The notes below the pieces were generated by a model that saw only the letters and a program-made list of their open reading frames with translations, made no database searches and was not told the DNA's origin. Positions 48,091 through 60,000 of a stretch of 64,000 nucleotides of DNA are shown here, piece after piece. Position 1 is the first letter of the stretch. Each line of letters opens with the position of its first letter. Made by a program: the position numbers and the translations under genes. The stretch is from Tubiluchus corallicola (lineage: Eukaryota > Animalia > Priapulida): contig JAQGDQ010000078.1 of NCBI GenBank assembly GCA_030141605.1, positions 434,001-498,000 on the forward strand, read 5' to 3'.

Positions 48091-51000
48091 TTAACTGTTG
48101 TTGTTAGGCGTACTTTTTCTTCTATTTTTCACATTTGCTGTAGCATAATAATGCTGGCCAACTTTTTTCGGACGCATTCCCCTCTCCACACGTCGCCGCT
48201 ACAACAGAAATAAGTGTCATTTTAATCTCAGAAAGCAACGACTTTACAGTCAAGACCCATTGTTATAATAATGATGTGACTGTTATCCAAAACCATCATA
48301 TTCTGAATTAATAACCCATTATCAAGCCATTTAAGGACAAATTGTTTAGCATAAAAAGAGAGTGTCTTACATTGTTTTGTTTGAGGAAATGAGTACACTA
48401 CATTTGATTATATTATTAGAAATATTGAGAAAGCAGATATTATTTATTTATACATTTAACATTTTCTGAAGTGCTTGGGAAAATCAGTGTAAAATCATCG
48501 GCATGTGCCAATGCAGGATGCAACAGCAAAGCAGTTAACACAATTCTTTATAATTTTGGCCTTTAATTTAAACACTGAATAAGACAGGAAACAAAATGGT
48601 TCCTTGCCTAACCTTACTGACATTAAATTTATATGACTGTTCTGTACCTACAACTAACAAATATTTTGCAAGAATCTTTGGAAGGTTTCTTAAAATTTAT
48701 TAAAGTATATATGTGTATCACCACAAATATATAGTATGAATATGTTGGCCATCACACAGTAAGGATATCATAATAAGACATACCTCTTTGGCAGTTAATT
48801 TTTTCTCTACTGCTCCTCTAACAGGGTTGGAGCTTGTCAATTTCCATTTCTTGCATTTAGTTCTAGGTGGCAGCACTTCTACAAGCATGGCAGCATCCGT
48901 TTCACGGATATTATATGCTGCGTCAAGATCTCCTAAAATGAAGAACATCTTATCACATTCAGTACAACATTCAATACATGGCAAACAAACTATCAATATT
49001 GGTACATCATACTGTAATATTATGTTTCATACACTATCATTACCATAAAAGAATAACTGTACTGCAGTGGGTAGAGAAGCAAAGGCTTCTATAAGCCCAG
49101 TAACGCGTGAACCAGATAAAAAGGAATTGATATGTGATAAAAAAAACAGGAAGAAAGATTAGATTTCACAAGACTGGAAGGATGAGTTAGGGAAGCAAAA
49201 AGTAAAAAGACCATAGGTCGTAAGAAGTGTAATCAGCTCTAAGAATTCATCAATGTGGCTGCTGCAATAAGCATAGGATATTCAGAAGTATTGTATTTAT
49301 CAAAAATCATTGCTTCGTGTTTCTCTTTAATTTTTTGTGTTAGTTGAATTGTTCTTAATTTATCATTTATGAAATTCCAAAGCTTTGCATGGATCAACAT
49401 TTGCAGGTTATTTCACTGACTAACAGAAGGGTTTTATTAAATTACATCAACTCATAGCATTTAAAAAGAGTGTTTACCTTCTTATGCAAAATGGGTTAGG
49501 TCATATAGTGAATACAAGTTCATCTAGAAAAGTTTATTGAACAAAGACAGAGAGATGAACTTTGTTCCTCTTCGAAGTGTACTGCGAACACCCGCAGAAT
49601 CGATACATCACACAAAAACATTGCAGTCAACAACAGCTCCACATACGTAACTGAGAGTCGACTTTTCTTAATTAAATCAGGATCTCAACAGTCACGGGTG
49701 CAGAGACAAAACTGGGAGCATAGTTAAGCCAAACTGTACTTGTGGCTCTTTGTGAGAAACAATACAACGTTACTTGCTCGAGTGTCTCCTATATACAGTT
49801 AGTAGAATGAACCTTGAGGAAAACTAATTCAGCTATATCAATAAAATGTTTTCCCGTTTAACATAAATAACTTGAGCCATCAACTGAAAATTTCGACATT
49901 TCTTTTTGGATCCTCTCAACAAAACCACGGCCAAAATTTTACATTGTTTTAGACCATACAAGGCTGAATAAAATCTACACATCTTTTTTCATCAATTCAT
50001 TGTATGTAATAATACTAATTAATATCAATATTTCTCATTACTAACACGTAATTGTCATACATCATATTTTGTAACAGGCATTTCTTTTACACTCTAACGT
50101 ATTATTAACCAGTTATGCAAAACAGTATACCAAAAGTTACAATTGATAAAAAAACGTTTTTTTGACAAAAAAAACAAAGCAGTTGCTGCAACATGAATAA
50201 ACCAAAAATCACCTGAACATGTGGCACAAACGAAATGTTATATAACAATAAGAGTACAGAATGTAACAGTTGAAATACAAGTAGTCGCTGGCTATTATGG
50301 AGTTTGTATTTGATTCAACCTGTTGCCAAATGTCATGTTAGCAGCTAAAATCTTAGTAGCTATTGCAGTAACATAAATAGAAGCAACATATATATTGCAT
50401 GACTATAGCTACTGCATAGAATAATATACATGAATTTGTATAGAATAAAATTTTAGAATAAAACATACATGCAACAGCATCAACCAGTTAAAACCACCAC
50501 AAACAGAATAGCACACAAACGAAAGCTCTACAACAAAGTCTTTTCTGCCTGCTAACTATTTTCATGAGCAATGTGATGCAATGTCACAAACATACCTGAA
50601 TTTCTTTTCCGTGATTTTCGTTTTGTGCTTTTGGTGGTATTTGATTCAGTACTTTTCGATGGTTTTTCAAGTTTTCTTTTATTTGCAAGTCCTGGTGCAT
50701 TTTTTGTGTCTAGCTGTTTTAGCTTGGTTCTTGTCCTCACATGTTTATCAGGTCTAGAGTCTCTTTTTGTTTTAGGTAATTCGTCATGGAACTCTTCACA
50801 CTTTAACCTTGATTCACTTCTCCTTTTTTGTCCTTTTAGCTCAGCTTTCATAAGTCGTCTGACTTTTTTTGCTGACTTCACACGTTTCTTTTTTGATGTA
50901 GGAGTAATATCTGCGTCATCTTTGCAATTTAGTGGTATGAAATCAGTCTCAATTAATCCTTTATTGCTAGGTTTATGACAGCTGCCTTGCAACACATCCA

Positions 51001-54000
51001 AAGAACTTTCTGCTCCTAAATCTGACAAAGAAAGATTATGATGCTCTAACTCATTTTCACTATTACAGGAATCATTGTCCAAGGCTTCAGAAAAGCCGGC
51101 ATTATCTTGTGGTAAAACGCACCAAGCAGTTTTACTCTCTAGTTCTGGCACATCATGATCATTAGGCATAACATTAGAGTCTTCAGAAATGCCACTAAAT
51201 GGTTCATCAACATCATCATTGTCGTCACTTAGCTGCTCTTCAATTGAATCATCAGCACCATCCTCGGGAACGGAACGAATATCATCACCACTGAATTCAG
51301 GAAATACTTCAATTTTTCTCAAATTCTGATGTACATGTGGCTTTAGATCATCGTGCTTGTTTGATAGTTGAGCATCACTTGTACTATCTTCATTATGTGT
51401 GGAGGATTTATCCTCATTGCTGCTTGGAATCTCTTGGTACTGTTTTTCTGAATTTTGCTAGAAAAAAATAAAAACTAAAAATTAGATCAAATTTGTTAAG
51501 GATCCAAGTAATAAGACTAATATGAAATGATAATGTATTGCTAAAAATAGGAACCAGTTTACAGTTAATGCAAAAATTCATAAAGGGAAGCACCTTTAGC
51601 AATTTTTTGTCATTAACACACATTAATAAGTAAACGAACTTCCGATTTTATTAATATTTCAGTTATACTAAAATGAAAAAATCATATCCCTTTGCTTTAT
51701 ACTTAATTTTAACTTCGACGCAACACATATTACATATATTATAACAATTACACGATATATGAACAAGAAATTTTTAATTTACTATTGTATAAGTGAGAAT
51801 ATTTAAAACTTGTTCACAGCAAGCCACTGTATCACAAATCACTCTGAAAGCAGAGCTTGTTTAGAGTAATTTGACAGTAAGAAAAGAAAAGACAACGAAA
51901 AGAAACATACAGTGAATCAGCTAAGGATAGAATAAATTAAACAGGATTTAAAAGAATTAGTAAGGAGGGGTTATTAACAATAACAGAATCCATGAACCTT
52001 ATAGACCAAGTGAAAGTCTAAATGTACTACAACGAAAACAATAGCCTCATTTACAAGTATAGATAAAACTAAATATATCTGGAACAGTGATGTGACAGCT
52101 ACTATTTTGTCAGCTATCAGCTATTCTAACCCATACTTATAAGCTATTGCAGTTACTTAAATATTCAGTTATTTCAAATAATTTTAGTTTCCAACTATCA
52201 GTAACTGTGTAGCAATAAACAGCACATAGTTAGCTATAACTTATATGTTTTATAAATGTTCACTGTAACCGATGTACCACACTTTTGTATAGCAGCTTAA
52301 AAGTCTAGTTTTATACAACAACATGTCACGTACAAGCACTATTATTATTGCGAGGACACATTAGAAGATATGCACAGGATGCACTGAAATTTGAAATCAT
52401 AAAGTGTTGAGTTTTGATTTGAAATTACAAAGTACTGTTTTAGCAATCACTTATTGATATTTAGAATAAGCAGTCCTAATCTGTTACTTGGCATATGCAT
52501 GACGCTAAGAGAAGCAGCAAAGATTTGTAAATAAATGTTCCAGTTAAAAACTTGTGAGCTTTAATAGGCAGATACATGACATTACGAGGTACAGCATTAA
52601 ATGGCGAGTATCAAGAAATTAGTAGGATTTAGATTCGATGATCATAATTTTTAGTTACAGGTAAGTAACAGGCCTTCTAGTAGTTCGAGTTACCAGCTAC
52701 TTGTGCTAGTTTCCACAGCTATATAGCTAAGTTACTGATACCTATAATTTCAGCTAACAGCTGAGCTAGTAGCTGTAGAGGTCAAATCACTATTCTGAAG
52801 TTTTCTAAGCAAGACATAATTGTATAAAAATAAGTGCAAATAAAAAGGGAAAGAGTCGAAGAAAATGGAGTAAACTACAGGACGTGTTCTGAAGGAAGAA
52901 AAACAACAACTGCAAATCACTCACTTCACTTTCAGGTGGTTTTACAAAGTAAGGCAGCCTTCCTCTTTGCCAATCATTTAGAACCATTTTTGCAACTGTA
53001 GGCATATCTGGTTCTGCACCCTGAAATAAATTAAAACTTTTTTACGGTTCTGTACCTTCGGTGATATAGAGAATGTGATATAGAAAATATTACAAATTTG
53101 CTGTTGTAATAATATGGAAAGAATTTAAAGTCTTTGTAGTTTTAGTGTTAAGTGAACGGTATCTACAGCCAGAAGGAAGCATTTCAAAAAACGTATTACC
53201 AGGATAATGTTCGTCACAAATGACAAATTGCACTCTCTTTGCAACCCTCATTTCCTACAAATGTGTTATAGGTTACTGTTCATATTCCTATTATTTTTGA
53301 AACAGATTTAACAACCTGACTGCTATATGATTCGCTATAAATAAAAGGCAGTAAAGCAACTAAACATTTTGTTAGTAAGACAAAAGATGACGTAATACGT
53401 AATAGCAAAGTGTTACCTTTAGAAGTTTACCACTCCGCCGCGCAAGCATTTCCAAAAAATCTTCAGCATCTTTCCAACCAGTTATTTTATATGTTTTTTC
53501 TAGATATTCTTTTTTAACCCTTTCCAGCACAGCAGCAATGTAGTCCTCTGGGTTATCGACTTTTTCTACTCTCACCTATTTTAAATAAATGTTGAATCAA
53601 CTTTTACTCTTCAAATTAGCGGGCACTTAACGATACCATTAATTACATTATGACTGTGAATGTCAGAATGTTCATAAACCAATGCAATTTATTTTTGCAA
53701 CAATTATTACCCATTGAAAATAACAAGTTGAAAGAAAGGAGAGACTGAAAAATTGTGGACTAGTTGGGATTCGAACCCGAGATGTACTCTCATGCTCTGC
53801 CATCTGAGCTACTTGTTCAACATAACAGAGCAAGTCTAAGATTTTGTTCTTGCAGCTCACAATCCAACTGTGCCACATGTATCCATGCCATTAGAGGATT
53901 ACTTATTCTTCAAATAAGCTGGCACTTAACGAACTCTCAACTGATTACCGGCAATGGTTTGAGAACAGTCTTGATCAAATTCACAGTCATAATCAAATTA

Positions 54001-57000
54001 ATAAATGCCAAATATTTTACCTTAATGCAGTGCAGAAAAAAGTTTAAATTTAATAACAATACATTACACTTCGCATAGTTTGATAATTTGTGAGTTCTTG
54101 TTGAATTCGATTTCTACCTGTACTGCTTAGGCGTACCACAAGAGCTGGCGGCTTTGAGGTAAGGCGCTTGGCTGCCGATCCAGAGGGGTCTGAGTTTAAA
54201 TCCTGCTTCATGGGGTTTTTTAAGCAATGTTCCAGATGCACAGGATTCTCTAGGCACCTTGCCAGGTCTATTCAGGCTTAATGGCATACCTAGTCATGTA
54301 ATGGGAAAAGACGGCCGAGCAATGGCCAGCCAGCTGGCTCATTGTGTGCTAATGCTACGAAAATAGATGCCATATCCACCTATCCCAATGCTAGACCGAT
54401 GTGACTAGTCACCAGTCATTGTAACCTTCCACAGACTATTGCCTGTTGAGGATCTTGACAGTACTTAACCTTTCACATACATCAAAAATTATATCTCTGA
54501 ACATTGAGTAGTTTGCACTTTTGGTAAAAAGTTTATAGCTGTCTGCTAAACCACGAACAAGTCGATGTTCAGTGACATATAATTTTTTATTTATGTGAAA
54601 AGTTAAGCACTGTTAAGATCCTGACATGAGTGCCTTTCTTCTTCTTCTTCTTCTTCGTCTTACTCTCTTTTATTTATAAGGAGAAGAAATCATTACACAA
54701 TGCAATAAAAACTTGCTAGTCTTACAGATAGCATAAGCAATAATGTGACTTAAGCACGATCTGTGCATTTAATTTATTAACATGTTGTTCTAGCATGCCT
54801 TTTCCTGTTATAAATGGGAAAATTTTGTACTTGTGACGCTTTTACTTCAACAATATTATCTATTCACTTACCACACCCTTGAGGACCAACTCAGTATCTG
54901 AATCTCCAGTGGGATACACGACACCTGGACAATCAATGAGATAAATGCGTCTCATCAGTGTCACATATTGCCATACCTAAAAACATAAAACTATCTAAAA
55001 AGCATATCAACATTACTAAAGCAAAGCAAAACCATTCAGGTAATCACTTGGAAAGATCAGCAGTCACAGTTTGCATCACAAAAAGCACCACAGCCGCCAC
55101 ATGATACACACAATGATAATGTTCAGTTTTACTGGTTGACAGTGTTTGAAAAAAGTGCCCATCAACAGGAAAATGACAAGACGAATAATTTAATATAAGC
55201 CTATACAACTACATACAATTCCATTGAACAGACGGATATCTGTTTTCTACAAACTGTCTAAACAACATTTAAAATAAAGCAAGAAAACCTATGCAGACAA
55301 TTCATAAGAAGGACACTGAATATGAAATATGAAAGAGCTCTTCCTGTGCAGTCATTTTTTACTCTTTCTCCAACTTATTATATCTTAAACCAGTGACATT
55401 TAGCTACTATTTTTGCTTTTTATATCCCTGCTTCCCCTATATATATCGTTTTTAGCATTTTGACTGCAATTTTTCAGCTGATGAAGCCTGCTAGGGTGAA
55501 AACTTCTGTAAGAAATAAAAATTATTTTTGACTACAAGGGCATTCAATGTTTTATGATGTTGAACATAGAACATACCTTAGTCTCTCCAGCAATTGGTGC
55601 AACATTGCAGACTTTCTTATTCCTCAAAGTGTTGATGATAGACGACTTTCCAGTATTGGGATAACCAATTAGACCCACGCTTATCTGTCGTTTATCTAAA
55701 TGCAACTAGAAATAGTACGCTTTATCAGATATTATCAAGTTATGGTATTAGGTTATGTAATGCAGTGTTACAAAAGGGTGATTGCACTTTAGCAACAGAA
55801 TAACCACAAGCAAAATGACTGCTACCATGAGCTACTACCGGGCATTGAAAGTACAGAGTTTTTCATAATTGCAGTACAGGTTTGTAGACAAAACAATTAG
55901 TAAGGAGTTATAATAAGAGTCTAATATATTTAGCATTTGTTTTTATAAGAAACAAAAAAATTGACGTATGACCCAATTTTTTGTACGCTCTACTTTGAAG
56001 GATAATAACATAGTTTTAACTATGCCGACTTATGGAACGGTTTTGGCTTTGCAAGCACACAAATACTACCAAGGCTTTGTGGGGCAAATAGCAAATAAGG
56101 AAGTATGACAATAACATAAAAAGATTTAAATGTAAGCCTACCTTAGCAAACTGTCGTAACAAGTTAATCAGTGCTCCCTTTCCAAAAGGATTCTTAAGAC
56201 TAGCATGAAATGCCATCGTTGGATATTCATGTGACAGTATGGCAACCCACTTTTGCTAAAAGATAATACACTATTATTTACAAATTCACTAAAAGGTGCC
56301 ACAAATCACCAGATGTTTGAAAAGGTGCCACACAGACATAGTAAAAAGATAGTCTGAACAGGCCAAATGAAGTTAAAAATTTTTCTTAAGCTTACCTGGC
56401 AAAAATGTATGGTAAAAACTATGAGACTTGTACAATTTCATCTACATTATAGTGTACATGTACTTCACTGTGCTATTACAGACAATGCAAACATTTTTTA
56501 CAGTGCAAATGGGCCATTGAAGGTAGAAATGTTTAGGAAAGCTGGTTCTGATGTTCAGTAGAATCACAACATTTTCAAAGCTGAACAACTGTGGGATTTC
56601 AAAAATGTTTTAGGTAAAAACCTACAGTTCTGTTGCATAGTTGCTGAGTTATCCTCATGATACACCTAACTTCTCACAACTGTTCAAGTATACTAATAAT
56701 AGTAGATAATAGCTAATGTATGTTGAAACAGGGCCACCCTTCACAGATGTGTAACAGCTGTATGTCATAAAACAACAGCCTTACGAAATTAAGAGTAGAT
56801 TTACTAAACAATAAGCTCAAGTTAATTTGCACTACTTATTCAAAATTTGAGCAACTTTATAAGTAATGATGCACATCTCTGATGAAAGAACCATTTTAAA
56901 TAGTGAACCACAAGCACATTTCTATTTTTGAAAGTACAATAGCAATCCATTACATCTTTTCACATAGATGTATAGTTTACTCTAAATAGCAAAAAAATAC

Positions 57001-60000
57001 TAACCACGAATCATATGAATTTGAAATTATATAGATTTAAATACAATTTTAAATCTTAATCATGTAGCAATACACAGCTAAGACTGACTTATGATAAATA
57101 TTATCTTTGCAGCAATATTAGTACAATTAAAGAACACATACCGTGACCCATGTTGGAACCAAGTCAACTTTATTTATCACAAATATCAAATGTTTATAAT
57201 TCTTCTCTTTCTTCAAGTATTTTTCAATGTGTGCAGAACGAGTACCTTGTGGATCTCTAGCATCAAGAACTTGAATCAGTACGTCTGATGAGTCTATGAC
57301 CTAAACAACACACAACCAACCATGTGACCATGGTAGAAAATTTGAAAGTGAAAAGGCATGTTTTTTAAACTATGTAAATGAATAACGTCAAGGCCGTTAC
57401 CTCAAAATAACTATTGCAAAACCAATGTTACAATTCAAATAACAGTGGGTGTGTGCATATGTGTGAGAGTATGGGGGTGTATGTGTGTGTACGTGCATTC
57501 GTGAATGTGTGTGCGTGCATGCGTGCGTGGGTGACAAAACAACTTTAAGTTTCACATACTCAGTGGAAATATTAATTAAAGTTCACCATAATTCTAGAAT
57601 CTCCTAACCTTAATTTCCAAATTTGTATTTTGTAATCAGACAGCACTTCGTAATTTTTTTTTGAAACCAAACTGATTCTGATATTAATATTAAACTTAAT
57701 ACCAGCAAATCTTTTCATGTACACAACTTAATTGACTATAAAGAAGTGACAATTTCAAAAAAAAAGTATGGAGAACAAAAAGTTATAAAGATTACCACCC
57801 CATACCACCCGTAGCTACCCAACTAGTAGTATAAGTTGCAAATGCACTTGTCTAGCTCCTTTAGGGAAAACAGGATGATCCCATTTTAAAGTACGGATAC
57901 AAGTATACATTTTAATTCCTATAACAGCGCTAAAGCATTTTCAATAATTAAATAAAAGGTTAAAATAACTTAATTAATGACCAAGGAGACCAACTAATGA
58001 TGAATCATACATGAACATAATTTTTAACAGCACAAAAAGTGCATGAATGTATTTGCACATTGTGAAAGCGAAAACTGAGGTAGAGTGATACTATGCAACA
58101 TTCAGTTGATATGTACAAAAACTCTAGAAATTTTAAGTTTAAAATTCAAATTACAAGTTTACACTTGTGCACACATGAACACTCGAACGTGTGTGTACTA
58201 CATCACAACCGAATTTGTCTGAACTGAGAAGCACAGAACCTGTTTTTTGTGCAACTTGTTTCCGAGATACAGGTACTAGTGTCCGTCTAACTAGCAAATG
58301 ACGAAATTTGTGAAAAAGCAAAGAAACTAGCTGCACGAACACAAAATTACATTTTGTGGTAAATACACCTTCATGTAAGTTAATCTTGAAAAATAGTATG
58401 TTCCCTTTCGATATTTTACAGAACAGATTGTTCTGAGTTATAGTTTTAGATTGTGTCCGGTTATCTTTTAAGATTAAACAGCAGTTAGTGACACACGAAG
58501 GCTCACTTTTACACATGCAAATACTAACCAACCTTATATAACTCATTCCATAACCTTTTTGACTGGCCTTTGTTGAAAATCATTTCCCTGGCTTCTGATT
58601 TAACACCATCATCATCTTGCATAATGTCTTTATCATTGTTTATGTCATATTTTTCTGACAGCTCTTCAGCCTGCATTGCTAGAGTCTATAACCACAGGAG
58701 GAAAAAATGCTTAAATAACTTCAAAAATCAGCACTTGTGCAAGTATATCTTAAACTAACTGCACCTATCAACATGCATTTTAACTTTATGCGAGAATTGT
58801 TATTTAGTGTTAATTAACTTATCCACTTTTTTATATAAACATTTATTTATTAACAGCATTAACAACAAAGCACATGCACGCACACGCACACGCGCACGCA
58901 TGCACACACACACACACATATTGATTAACTGAAGTTTCTGCTGTTAATATAAATGTTGGCATTACCCCTCAAAACAATCACCCATAGTTACTACAATACA
59001 AAATAAGAGAAATTCATAACAAGATCATTCTGTTTCACAACAGATGAAAAAACAAACTAACATGAAATAGTTATATAGGATTGACATAGGTAAGTATTAA
59101 ACAAAAACAATAGCTACAAATACATAAATAGATTCTTCTGTCATAAATATAAAGGGGAAAAAACAAGTTGCTCAGATTTGTCTGTTAGATTTTGATACAA
59201 ACATCTAGGTTTCATACACCACTAATTTTATCAGGAAACATGTTAGACCCACATAGTAATAATTTTGTTTGTTCATTTAAGATAAGATCTAAAAAATAAA
59301 CTTGTGGCAACAATAAAAGATAAATGTTAATTTATTGTCTTGTCTGAAGTCGTTGTATTTATTACATTGCAATAAAAAGTGTGTGGTGGTTTCCTCTGCT
59401 AGACCACAATTTGAACAGACAGGTGAAGGCGATAGATTAGATAGATATACTGTTTCATTTAGGGCACTCGTAGCTGACAACATGTCAAAACAGCAGGGAT
59501 CGTGGGCCAGAAAAATAATGTGCTTTAAATAAACTTAACACTACAGTATTTATCCACTTAACATTATAATTAATGTACATGAATGTACATTAATGTACAT
59601 TAATGAATCAGAGAAGTTATAATTACACACAGAAATGAGTTAAAGGCAAGTAATTAATTAATCTGACTCTAACAGAAGTCACTGGTCATAAAACATAAAA
59701 TTAAAAACGCAACACAAAAACTTAAATGACAACAAATGTCATCATTCATTCAAATGAACCCGGGTATAAGCTGTTCAGAGAACTGACAGAGTAACTAACA
59801 AACTAGATTAAAGCAAGTGAATTGCCAAAAAGTACAAAACTAAATACAGTAAAATAAGCAAATGTAAACTCAAATAACTCAGGAAAGCCTTGCCAAAACC
59901 GGAACAACCAAAATGGGGTGTTAAATAGCGCTGTCTTTTTTGCTTTGACAATGTGTATTAACAAGCTTTATTTTAATTGTCAGGTCACCTTTTTAGATGT

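Noticed and set aside
48718-51322. Stand-alone 92-aa and 256-aa minus ORFs
   Set aside because: They are GNL2 exons, with phase-consistent splicing to the conserved C-terminus.
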